From positions 1,568,001 to 1,632,000 of the forward strand of contig OZ245015.1 in NCBI GenBank assembly GCA_965223705.1: a stretch of 64,000 nucleotides of DNA, written 5' to 3'. Of this stretch, positions 1-8,576 are shown in pieces (within the stretch, counting starts at the first letter, position 1; every line of letters begins with the position of its first letter). This DNA comes from Myxococcota bacterium (GTDB lineage Bacteria > Myxococcota_A > UBA9160 > UBA6930). The translations under genes were made by a program, and so were the position numbers. The notes under the pieces were generated by a model. The model saw nothing but the letters and a program-made list of their open reading frames with translations, did not search any database and was not told the origin of the DNA.

Positions 1-1564
1 GCACGCCGAGCGTCGGGCATACCGGGACATCGACGCGGACGTCGCCGACCCGATCCGGCTCGAAGTGTTGGGAAACCGGTTCATGTCGATCGCCGAACGC
101 ATGGGCTCGGTGCTCCGCAACACGTCGGTGTCGACGAATATTAAGGAGCGCCTCGACTATTCCTGTGCGGTGTTCGATCCGGAGGGCGGTCTGATCGCGA
201 ACGCACCGCATATTCCGGTCCACCTGGGCGCGATGGGCGAAACCGTACGCTCGGTCCTCGAATCCTTCCCCGAGCTCGGAGCCGGCGACGTGATCGTCAC
301 GAACGACCCGGCGCGCGGCGGCTCACACCTGCCCGATGTGACGGTCGTGGCTCCGGTGTTCGAAGAAGAGACGCTGCGTTTCTTCGTGGCGGCCCGCGGC
401 CATCACGCGGATCTCGGCGGGAAGACGCCGGGATCGATGCCGGCGGACTCGATGACGCTGGCAGAAGAGGGCGTGTTGCTCCGCGCGTTTCCCCTCGTGC
501 GCGGCGGCGTACTCGACGAGCGTCGTCTGCGCGCGGAACTCAGCGGCAGCGCGTTTCCGGCGCGCAACCCCGACGACAACGTCGCCGATCTCGAAGCGAT
601 GACGGCAGCCTTGCGTTCAGGAGAGCAGCTCCTGAGAGCGCTCCTCTCCGAAGTCGGGCCGACCGTGGTCCTCGCGACGATGGTGCAGCTCAAGGAAGCG
701 GCGGCCCGCAAGGTTGGTCTCGAGATCGCGCGCTTGGGGGACGGGCGACACGCTTTCGAAGACACCCTCGACGACGGGACGCCGATCCGGGTGGCGTTCG
801 AAGTTTCCGGAGATCGGATGCGGATCGATTTCACGGGGAGCGGGGCGGTTCATCCGAGCAATCTGAACGCACCGCGCGCGGTCGTGCAGTCGGCGATCAT
901 CTATGTGCTTCGTTCGCTCGTCGCCGATCGAATTCCCTTGAACGGCGGCTGCCTCGACCCGGTCGAGATTCGGCTGCCCTATCCGTCGATCCTCGACCCG
1001 CCGGACGGAGCCGCTGTCGTTGGAGGGAACGTCGAAACCAGTCAGCGTATCGTCGACGTGCTGCTCGGCGCCGTAGGGCGGGTCGCTGCGAGCCAGGGCA
1101 CGATGAACAACATCGCGTTCGGTAACGACCGGTTCGGTTACTACGAGACCCTCGGCGGCGGTGCTGGCGCGGGGGAGGATTTCGACGGCGCCTCAGGCGT
1201 GCACACCCACATGACGAACACCCGGATCACCGATCCCGAAGTGCTCGAAACACGCTATCCCGTGATTCTCGAAGCGTTCTCGATTCGGCGAGGCAGCGGA
1301 GGCGGCGGAAGACACCGCGGGGGTGACGGCCTATGCCGTGCATACCGGTTCCTCGAGCCCATCACGGTCTCACTACTCACCGAACGCCGAACGACGTCAC
1401 CTTACGGCATGGCCGGGGGCTCGCCGGGCCGTCCGGGACGGAACATGGTGCAACGCGGCGGGGAACCCGCGCAGAGTGTCGCAGGCCGCGCGACGCTCGA
1501 GCTCGACGCCGGCGATCGCCTTCGCATTGAGACGCCCGGCGGAGGCGGCTACGGGCGCCCTTGA
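1..1564 (+). CDS. 5-oxoprolinase / hydantoinase B family protein, C-terminal part (5' end lies outside the window)
   Basis: Frame open from position 2 (..[20 protein letters not shown]..). Motifs [42 protein letters not shown] and TPGGGGYG are typical of (probably A+B fused) oxoprolinases. Confidence 0.9.
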   Translation, partial: HAERRAYRDIDADVADPIRLEVLGNRFMSIAERMGSVLRNTSVSTNIKERLDYSCAVFDPEGGLIANAPHIPVHLGAMGETVRSVLESFPELGAGDVIVTNDPARGGSHLPDVTVVAPVFEEETLRFFVAARGHHADLGGKTPGSMPADSMTLAEEGVLLRAFPLVRGGVLDERRLRAELSGSAFPARNPDDNVADLEAMTAALRSGEQLLRALLSEVGPTVVLATMVQLKEAAARKVGLEIARLGDGRHAFEDTLDDGTPIRVAFEVSGDRMRIDFTGSGAVHPSNLNAPRAVVQSAIIYVLRSLVADRIPLNGGCLDPVEIRLPYPSILDPPDGAAVVGGNVETSQRIVDVLLGAVGRVAASQGTMNNIAFGNDRFGYYETLGGGAGAGEDFDGASGVHTHMTNTRITDPEVLETRYPVILEAFSIRRGSGGGGRHRGGDGLCRAYRFLEPITVSLLTERRTTSPYGMAGGSPGRPGRNMVQRGGEPAQSVAGRATLELDAGDRLRIETPGGGGYGRP

Positions 1565-1602
1565 AACCGCGGGGGTAGCTACCTAGGATCCGGACCGGCT
1601 GG

Positions 1603-1678
1603 GGGCGCGTAGCTCAGTTGGCAGAGCAGCGGACTCTTAATCCGCGGGTCGTAGGTTCGATCCCTACCGCGCCTACCA
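1603..1678 (+). tRNA. tRNA-Lys (CTT)
   Basis: Acceptor GGGCGCG/CGCGCCT, D arm AGCTCAGTTGGCAGAGC, anticodon arm GCGGA-CTCTTAA-TCCGC, T loop GTTCGAT, encoded CCA. Confidence 0.97.
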
Positions 1679-1703
1679 CCACCGCCCGCCGCTGCACACA
1701 CCG

Positions 1704-2531
1704 CTACTTCACATATCGCTGATAGGTCTCGGCCGGAATCTCCTGCGTGTCGAGCAGCATGAAAAAGTCGGTCGTGCCAAACGCGCGGTCGAGCGCCGGG
1801 CCGCCGCACACGTTCGCGCCCAGCTGTAGGTAGCCTCGGACGAGACTCGGGATCGTCACCGACGTCTCCCGATCCGCGAGCTGTGGATCGAATCCTTGTT
1901 GGCGGTAGTCGTCGCGCACGGTCAGCCAGCGCTGCGCGACGTGGCCGCCGCGGGCGAACATCGCGTAGTACGCCGCGATCGCCCGGGCATCGGTCGTCGG
2001 CACCGATGCGCAACCGAAGAGATACCGCTTGCGGTTGTGTTCGAGGTAGTGACCGATGCCTCGCCACAAAAGAAACAGCACGCGTCTACCGCGATGCGCG
2101 CGCGCGACGCAGGCGCGCCCGAGCTCCACCCCTTGTTCGAGAATCGCGCCGGGCAGCTCCGCCAGATCGAATTCCGAGTCGGAGTAGAAGCCTGGGCCGG
2201 ACTCCGCCAGAGCGCGGGTCATCAGGCGGTACGTCCCGACGACTTCGCCGCTGCGATCGCACCGCACGAGCAAGTGATGACAGTTTCGGTCGAATACATC
2301 TTCGTCGCGCAAATGACCGATGGTGCCGTGACCGAGTTCGGCGTTGAAGACGTCGAAGCGCAGCCGCAGAACTTCGTCGAGCTCTTCCGGTGTGGTGGCA
2401 AAGCCGACGCGGTAGCGCCCGATCGCATCGTTCCATTGCGGAACGCCGCCCGGGTGGCCCGGGTACGCCCGCACGACCGGAGCGGCCCCGAAGGCATCTT
2501 CCCGGGCGAAGGAGGCGGAGTCTTCGGTCAC
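1704..2531 (-). CDS. GNAT-family N-acyl amino acid synthase, OlsB-like (ornithine/aminolipid N-acyltransferase)
   Basis: LRLRFDVF..ELG, D.FD..CHHLLV, VVGTYRL, GFYS.SEFDL, ELGR.CV, YLFGCAS and P.L..GYL.LGA.VCG.PA.D..F.T.DF motifs. Start placed at GTG 2531 behind GAGGA; the ORF track extends to 2720. Confidence 0.8.
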   Translation of the reverse strand: MTEDSASFAREDAFGAAPVVRAYPGHPGGVPQWNDAIGRYRVGFATTPEELDEVLRLRFDVFNAELGHGTIGHLRDEDVFDRNCHHLLVRCDRSGEVVGTYRLMTRALAESGPGFYSDSEFDLAELPGAILEQGVELGRACVARAHRGRRVLFLLWRGIGHYLEHNRKRYLFGCASVPTTDARAIAAYYAMFARGGHVAQRWLTVRDDYRQQGFDPQLADRETSVTIPSLVRGYLQLGANVCGGPALDRAFGTTDFFMLLDTQEIPAETYQRYVK

Positions 2532-2578
2532 CAGATCCTCGCCATCGAGGCCGGACCTTACCGCTTCGGTCTCCCGAA

Positions 2579-5131
2579 TCACAGCGTTCCCGCGGATGCG
2601 GACGAGGTGCTTGGCCGTCGTGCCATTCGCTGGCGGAACAGACGCGAAAGTTCCGCCCAGGAAGCCGGTCGCGCACCGGCGGCAACGTTTGCGGCGCCGA
2701 GTGCGAAAGCCAACCGCCACTGTTCGAAGAGCACGCGATAGGCGAAGAGAAGTCCGTAGCTCGGGTCGTACATGTGCGTGGCCTCCGACGTGATGCCGTT
2801 CAGCTCGATGACCTTGAACTCGCCGTCCGAGAACGCCTCGGGGCTCGAAGAGCGGACGTCGAATCGGCCGAAGTGGAAGCCGGTGAGGGCGCGGCCTACG
2901 CGATCGATCCGAAGCGCAAGGCTCTCGGTTTGGCGGGCCGAGCCGTCGAGGAAGACCGCGCCCCGAGAGTGCGTCCCGAGCTCGGTGAGCTGGATGCGCT
3001 CGCCGGAAGCGGGAATGTCGCCCAGACGATCGCGATGCCGTTCGAAGTGTCGTTCAGCCATGCAGACGGCCCGGTCGTCGTCGAGGATGAGTTCAGCCAA
3101 GCTGCGCCGACCGTCGCCCTCGACAAACAACATCCGCTTTTCGGTAATCGAGAAAATGTGCCCCTCCGCGTCGCTCGGGAACCGGATGTAGAACACCCCA
3201 AACTCGACGCCCGGTACGTATTCCTGGAGCAGCGCGTCGAACGGCTCGCTGCGGAGTACGCTCTGCAGGTCGTTCTCGTTTCGCACAATCCGAACACCGA
3301 AGCCCCGCTCGCCCTCGTCGGGTTTGATGACGATTGGTGTGTCGGCGTCGGCGCCGCGAAACCGCGCGATCTGATTGGTCGCATCGGCCCAATCGAAGCG
3401 CTCTGTTCGGGCGACCGCGCCCGGCTCGGCGCGTTGCAGCGAATGAAGGATCTGATACTTCGATTCGCCGACGAGCCCGCCGCCTTCGATTCCCGGATTC
3501 GCGGCCGTGACGACCCGAAGGCTTCGATATTTCACCGCGAGCCCTGCGATCTGCAAGAGGACGGGCGGATAGATCACCCACATCGGCCAGAACTCCCAGC
3601 GCCGCAAACGCTCGAACTTCCCGCGGAGCAGACGTCGGCCGCGGTGGTGGAAGAGCTTCGGCACGATCCGGGTCGCGATGAGGAGCGTGACCACCAGCAA
3701 CAGCAGGGTGACGAGAAGACGGTTCCGGAACAGGTCAACGTGATCGAGGAGCATCTCCCCGAACCAAGCGGAAGCTCCCACCAGGACGGGTGTCCACACG
3801 ACGGCCCCGAGCGCGAGGAGCCACGCGAAGCGAAACGCCGGGAAGCGCGCGACGCCTGCGCCGACGTAGAGAGGAAGTCGAGAACCCGGCACGAACCGGC
3901 TCAGCAGGACGGCCCACGACCCCCGCCGGAGTCCTTGTTCGCGCCACGCGGTAGAGCCGACGCCAAACCAGCGCCGCGCGGCCTTGCCCCCGAAACGACC
4001 GGTCGCGTAGAGCAACAGGTCCCCGAGGAAGAGACCGATCGCGCACGCCGCGATACCCAAGGGAAGCGGGATTTGACCGCGCGCCACGAGGAAGCCCACG
4101 CCGATACAGGTCAGGTCTTCGCTGACGAGCGTGGCGAGGAAGACCAGCGTGACGAAGATTGCGACCGCGAGGAAACCTCGGGGACCGGCGCGGTCGGGGC
4201 GGAAAGGGAGCTCCGCTCGCGCGACCCTCGCGGCTTTTGCCGCCGCGCGATCCGGTGTGCGGCCGGCTTCGGCGTCGGAGAAAAAAACCAACAATTCCGC
4301 GGCGATCGAGCGCGGGTGTCGAAACAACGCGAAGTGCCCGCCCGGGATCCAGCTGAACCGACTCTGGGGCACGATGCGGTGGTGCTCGCGCGCGGCGGCC
4401 GCGGGAACCAACGCGTCCCCTTCACTGTGAAGCACCAAGGTCGGGGCCGACAGGCGCTCGAGCATCCCGCGGAGTGGGCGCTGATCCGTGTCGTAGAAGT
4501 TCCGGGCGTACGCGGTGTTGAGCGGGAAGCGATCGAGCCAGCCGAAGTGGGGCAGGAGTGCCGTCGGCGCCGCGATCAGGAGCCACTGCGCGCCGTGGAC
4601 CATGTGGTTCAAGTCGTAATCGCCGAGAAGCTCGAACTCCTGCACGCCGACAGAAGAGAGCAGCGTCAGAGAAGCCACGCGCTCCGGAGCGCGATCGGCT
4701 GCGCGAATCGCGACGGCACCTCCCAGGCTGAAGCCGACCCAGTGCGCGCGTTCGATTCCCAAGCGCTCGAGGAGAGCGAGACACGCGGCGGCGTGAGACG
4801 CTGCCGAGTACACGGGGAGACGGGCTTCGGACGCACCGAAGCCGGGAAGATCCGGGACGATCACGCGGTAGCGCTCGGCCAACAGCGGTGTCAAACCCGC
4901 GAAGTTGTCCCCGCGACCGGGACTTCCGTGAAGTAGGAGAACCGCTTCGCGTTCGGGCGTGTCTCCGCCGACGTCGGCATAGGCCAGGCGGATCGGTTCC
5001 GCGCCGTAGGCGTCTACCTGGACGCGCACGCTCGCGTCCGGTGTCGGCGGCGGGTCCGCCGTGGCGCGCGTCCAATGAGAGGCGGCGAGAAGCGCGACGT
5101 AGACCGCTAGCAGCCAGGGAAGTTTTCGCAG
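2579..5131 (-). CDS. Fusion protein: alpha/beta hydrolase + DedA/VTT membrane domain + ATP-grasp ligase
   Basis: Hydrolase: HGSP, GFSLGG nucleophile, EGDALV, GGHF. VTT: TLVSEDLTCIGVG..GD...Y..GR, SRFVPGSRLP.Y..AG. ATP-grasp: VIKPDEGERGFGV, LLQEYVPG.EFGVFY, GRFDVR, IELNG. The track start is 5029; the frame extends to a CTG at 5131 encoding a hydrophobic leader. Confidence 0.85.
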   Translation of the reverse strand: MRKLPWLLAVYVALLAASHWTRATADPPPTPDASVRVQVDAYGAEPIRLAYADVGGDTPEREAVLLLHGSPGRGDNFAGLTPLLAERYRVIVPDLPGFGASEARLPVYSAASHAAACLALLERLGIERAHWVGFSLGGAVAIRAADRAPERVASLTLLSSVGVQEFELLGDYDLNHMVHGAQWLLIAAPTALLPHFGWLDRFPLNTAYARNFYDTDQRPLRGMLERLSAPTLVLHSEGDALVPAAAAREHHRIVPQSRFSWIPGGHFALFRHPRSIAAELLVFFSDAEAGRTPDRAAAKAARVARAELPFRPDRAGPRGFLAVAIFVTLVFLATLVSEDLTCIGVGFLVARGQIPLPLGIAACAIGLFLGDLLLYATGRFGGKAARRWFGVGSTAWREQGLRRGSWAVLLSRFVPGSRLPLYVGAGVARFPAFRFAWLLALGAVVWTPVLVGASAWFGEMLLDHVDLFRNRLLVTLLLLVVTLLIATRIVPKLFHHRGRRLLRGKFERLRRWEFWPMWVIYPPVLLQIAGLAVKYRSLRVVTAANPGIEGGGLVGESKYQILHSLQRAEPGAVARTERFDWADATNQIARFRGADADTPIVIKPDEGERGFGVRIVRNENDLQSVLRSEPFDALLQEYVPGVEFGVFYIRFPSDAEGHIFSITEKRMLFVEGDGRRSLAELILDDDRAVCMAERHFERHRDRLGDIPASGERIQLTELGTHSRGAVFLDGSARQTESLALRIDRVGRALTGFHFGRFDVRSSSPEAFSDGEFKVIELNGITSEATHMYDPSYGLLFAYRVLFEQWRLAFALGAANVAAGARPASWAELSRLFRQRMARRPSTSSASAGTL

Positions 5132-5143
5132 AGCGCTCCCTCT

Positions 5144-5887
5144 CTAGAGCCGCTCGATACTCGCGGGGTCGGCGTAGAACACGAGGAGGTGGTCCATCCG
5201 CTCGACCCGACCGGAGACGGCGACCGTTTCCGCGACGAAGGGCAATACCTCTTGGCTCACCGACTGCCCGCTTTCGCCGACGAGCAGCAAGTGCAGCGGG
5301 TTTCCGTTGCGATCTCGCGCGAGAAAAATCGGCGGCGTTCCGCTGCTGATACAGCGCGCGGCGCAGGCCCGGTGAGTCTTTCCCGTGTCGGGACTCATCA
5401 CACCGAAGTAGCACTTGCTGTCGACGATTTCCCCGACGAATCGGTGGCTGCCGAGATCTTCCGGCGTGCCGACCGGCGTGGCCGAATCCCCGGCTTTTTC
5501 GAGAGAACCCGGTTCGAGATCGAGCATGGTTTGATCGCCGCGATAGATGAGCGTGCCGCGAGCGCGGACGAGCGCGTGGTCGAAGCCCTCGACGAGCGCT
5601 TCGGCGCCGAACTTCGTGCCGCCGTGCGCCAAGAGATAATGCGAGAACGATGAGCCATCGGGCCCGGGAACGATCAAGCTCGGTACGGGCTCGGCCCGTA
5701 CCCAACCGACGAACTCGCGTGTCGTTCCGAACTCGAACACCTTGGCCGGGAACCGGCTCGCGAGACCGGCGAAAGCGGCGGCGGAGCCGGCTACGACCAA
5801 CATCAGCAGGAGTAGCCTGACGCCCAGGAAGCGCGCCGTGCTCTTGGGCATGCGCTCGCCATAACCGACGTAGAAATCGTCGCTCAC
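5144..5887 (-). CDS. Membrane-anchored hypothetical protein with KC..H..CA..C..G.P motif
   Basis: 247 aa, one N-terminal TM helix, DSKCYFG...THRACAARCISSGTP. Start overlaps the stop of the upstream gene (GTGA). Confidence 0.75.
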   Translation of the reverse strand: MSDDFYVGYGERMPKSTARFLGVRLLLLMLVVAGSAAAFAGLASRFPAKVFEFGTTREFVGWVRAEPVPSLIVPGPDGSSFSHYLLAHGGTKFGAEALVEGFDHALVRARGTLIYRGDQTMLDLEPGSLEKAGDSATPVGTPEDLGSHRFVGEIVDSKCYFGVMSPDTGKTHRACAARCISSGTPPIFLARDRNGNPLHLLLVGESGQSVSQEVLPFVAETVAVSGRVERMDHLLVFYADPASIERL

Positions 5888-6927
5888 CGGGAAGCCTCCG
5901 CTCGCGCCGGCTCCACCGGCGTGCCCGCGGGCAGCGGCCGCGGATCCAGCCAGATCACACCGTCGCGCACTTCGACGCGAAAGGTCGGAACCCGTTCCTC
6001 AAAGGGCTCCGGACTTCGCCCCGTCGAGGGATCGTATTGATAGCCATGCCACGGGCAGGTGACACAGCCGTCGATCACGCGCCCTTCGCCAAGCGGTCCG
6101 TTTTGGTGTTGGCAGACGTTTGAGAGCGCCGAGATCTTGCCCTCGTAGCGAAACACGGCAACCCGCTCGCCGCCGACTGGGAAGATCCGGGCGCGCGATT
6201 CCGGGATTTCGTCCACGCGGCACAGCGACACCAATCCGTCGGCGTCGGGGGAGGCTTCCGATCGGTCGCCGGCGGCCTCGCGCGCACCGGCCGCTACGTG
6301 AAGGCCGAACACCGTGATGGCACTCAAACCGAGGAGGGCGGTAAAGATCGGTTGCGTCTCGGCTTGCATCACGCCCAGCGCGACATGGAGTAGCAACAGC
6401 ACGTACGCCACATACACCGACATGTGGAGCGCCTTCCAAGTGGGCGCGGTCAAGTTCGCGAGCCAGAAATCGTGGCTCGTCGCCGCCATGGCAAACAGCA
6501 CGAACAACGAGAGCCAACCGAGGACCTGGAACGGGAACTGACTGACGCTGTCGTAGCGCGGGTTGCCCGTCAGGATGCTGACCCAGGGGTGCACGTCGCC
6601 CAACGCATGGAACTGGACCGTTGCGAGCAGACCGTGCGCGAGCGCCAGGACGAACATCGTGACACCCAAGTGGCGACGGTTGTAGAGCAACGGAAGAAAT
6701 CGCGAATCGAGCCGCGCGAGGGGACCGATACAAAGAATGACGTGCAGGAGGATGATCGCGGCGCTTCCCAACCCGCGTATCAAGAGGGTTTCAGCGGTGA
6801 TGAACGGGTGGGTCGCAAGCGACACGCCGATAAACACGGCGAGGTACAACACGACACCGAACGCGAGGATGAGGTCGTAGCGTTTCTTCTGGCCGTTCCA
6901 CAGGACCGCTTGATAGCTGTCGCTCAT
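5884..6927 (-). CDS. Ferric-reductase-like (MsrQ-type) transmembrane domain fused to C-terminal Rieske [2Fe-2S] domain
   Basis: About 6 TM helices with RRHLGV..F.....H, ATSHD and W..LH...Y..Y.....H heme-b motifs. Rieske CQH..CPWHG. ATG 6927 follows GGAG and overlaps the upstream stop. Confidence 0.85.
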   Translation of the reverse strand: MSDSYQAVLWNGQKKRYDLILAFGVVLYLAVFIGVSLATHPFITAETLLIRGLGSAAIILLHVILCIGPLARLDSRFLPLLYNRRHLGVTMFVLALAHGLLATVQFHALGDVHPWVSILTGNPRYDSVSQFPFQVLGWLSLFVLFAMAATSHDFWLANLTAPTWKALHMSVYVAYVLLLLHVALGVMQAETQPIFTALLGLSAITVFGLHVAAGAREAAGDRSEASPDADGLVSLCRVDEIPESRARIFPVGGERVAVFRYEGKISALSNVCQHQNGPLGEGRVIDGCVTCPWHGYQYDPSTGRSPEPFEERVPTFRVEVRDGVIWLDPRPLPAGTPVEPARAEASR

Positions 6928-7397
6928 CGGGTGTTCTCCGGAGCCGGGAGGCGGCCCGTTGCGACGAGGGTTTGGTGGCCGAGGCTGTAGAGGTAGAGCG
7001 AGCCCGCCGTCGTAGCACGGAGGGTGAATCGCCGCGCTTGCGTTCCCGCGAGACGCCCCAGCAACTGCGCGCTTTCCGGCACTTTGTCCCGGGGCTCCGC
7101 CTGGGGTGCCCAGTAGACCAAGACGTCCGGCGTCAACCCCTCGCCGCGCGGATCGATCTCGAGCGCGACGCCATCGGCAGCGCGCAACAAGCGGACGTCG
7201 CTCGGCCACGCCTCGAACACCCGATCGCTCGACCAAAAGACGTCGCCGTCCGGCCCGGCGCTGTCCGGCGCGAGAATCTCGGCGCGCGGTATGTCTGGCG
7301 AGGCACGGAAGGCGAGCGCTCCCGCGACGCCGACCAGGGCTACCAGCGCTGCGACGGTCGTCATGCTGCGATGGCGTCGCCGGAGCCGCGTAATCAT
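6924..7397 (-). CDS. Hypothetical exported/membrane-anchored protein
   Basis: MITRLRRRHRS followed by a hydrophobic segment; PDVLVYW and LYLYSLGH motifs. ATGA coupling at both ends. Confidence 0.7.
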   Translation of the reverse strand: MITRLRRRHRSMTTVAALVALVGVAGALAFRASPDIPRAEILAPDSAGPDGDVFWSSDRVFEAWPSDVRLLRAADGVALEIDPRGEGLTPDVLVYWAPQAEPRDKVPESAQLLGRLAGTQARRFTLRATTAGSLYLYSLGHQTLVATGRLPAPENTR

Positions 7398-7663
7398 CGG
7401 GGACCCTCGATCGACGCCACGCGGTGAGCGTTTCGCTCGGTCGGAGATTCGCCGTCGCCCCCGAGAGCGCGTCGCAAGAGGACCGGCCACAAGCCCACGA
7501 GACCCGGTGCGATGAGCATCTTGAACCCGCGGCTGGCTTCCCCGGCCTTGTGATCGATCCTGCGGAGACCGCCCGCAAAGAAGCAGTAGAGCGCGAAGAC
7601 GAGGCCCACGACGAGGTAGATCTGCAGGATCACAACGATCGTGACTGCGACGGTGTGGGACAA
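7394..7663 (-). CDS. Small hypothetical membrane protein
   Basis: TTG 7663 with GGAG upstream; two hydrophobic segments (YL..GL.FA..F...G..RID, F..LI.PG...LWP). Coupled to the next gene. Confidence 0.65.
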   Translation of the reverse strand: MSHTVAVTIVVILQIYLVVGLVFALYCFFAGGLRRIDHKAGEASRGFKMLIAPGLVGLWPVLLRRALGGDGESPTERNAHRVASIEGPR

Positions 7664-7790
7664 TTCAGTCGGCTCCGCTTGCTCCGGTTTCCCGGTGTCA
7701 CACACTACGCCGGACGGCGGCGTACGGTTACCGTTGAATGCTACATGGCACCGGTCGGGTGTTGAACGTCGATTCAGGGGAAAACAACGC

Positions 7791-8576
7791 GTGATCGTGG
7801 CCACCCTGCGCGCCTTGACCCGAACCGCCTTGCTCTCGTGTTGGACCGCTTTGTGCTGGATCGGTTTTGAGATCCGTCGCCGCACGGCGTCCGGGGCCGT
7901 ATCGTGGCCTGAGAACCGGTGGTTTCAGCGCTGGGCCCACGGAGCGCTTCGCATTCTCGGCGTGTCGCGGGTTTCGAGTGGACACAATGAGACCGGCATC
8001 TTCCTCCTCGTATCCAATCACTTGAGCTACCTCGACATCGTCGTTTACGCGGCGGAGAGCGGCGCACTCTTCGTCTCGAAAGCCGAAGTCGCGGGTTGGC
8101 CCGGCATAGGCTTCCTGACGCGTCGGGTGGGGACGATTTTCGTCGATCGCTCGAGCCCAAAGGACGCGGCGCGCGCTGTCGCGCAGATCGAAGCGGCCCT
8201 ACGCGCAGGACGGCGTGTCGTCGTGTTTCCGGAAGCGACCAGTAGCCCCGGCGAAGAGGTGCTGCCGTTTCGAACGCCGCTCTTCGCGGCCGCCGTACGC
8301 TCGGAGCGGCCGGTCGTTTGCGGTGCCCTCGCTTATGAGACGCCGCCCGAGGCGCCGCCCGCTTCGGAGTCGGTTTGTTGGTGGGGCGATATGACATTTC
8401 CGGGTCATGTGTTCCGTTTGATGGGGCTGGCGCGTATCCGTGCGAAACTTTCCTACGCCACGCTCGTACCTCCCCACAACGACCGCAGGGAGCTCAGCTT
8501 ACGGGCGCACCAACAGGTCGCCTCGCTACACCGCATCGTACGGGGGACATCGGCGCGGGGGAGGGGAACGTCGTGA
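7791..8576 (+). CDS. Lysophospholipid/lyso-aminolipid acyltransferase (PlsC/OlsA-like)
   Basis: NHLSYLD (HX4D), FVSKAEV..WP, GTIFVDR and VFPEAT motifs. Start estimated at GTG 7791. Confidence 0.85.
   Translation: MIVATLRALTRTALLSCWTALCWIGFEIRRRTASGAVSWPENRWFQRWAHGALRILGVSRVSSGHNETGIFLLVSNHLSYLDIVVYAAESGALFVSKAEVAGWPGIGFLTRRVGTIFVDRSSPKDAARAVAQIEAALRAGRRVVVFPEATSSPGEEVLPFRTPLFAAAVRSERPVVCGALAYETPPEAPPASESVCWWGDMTFPGHVFRLMGLARIRAKLSYATLVPPHNDRRELSLRAHQQVASLHRIVRGTSARGRGTS

Noticed and set aside
2390..4936. 848-aa plus-strand ORF (likewise 25218-27809, 28386-29963, 51340-53031, 55655-57472 and many other long overlapping ORFs)
   Set aside because: Antisense or alternate-frame shadows of well-supported genes. 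These are expected in high-GC DNA and have no recognisable motifs.
5131..5146. The TAG of the Cys/His protein is in frame with the downstream fusion gene, suggesting read-through (e.g. pyrrolysine)
   Set aside because: A one-in-three coincidence. An RBS and a signal-like N-terminus follow the stop, favouring independent initiation, and there is no evidence for pyl genes.
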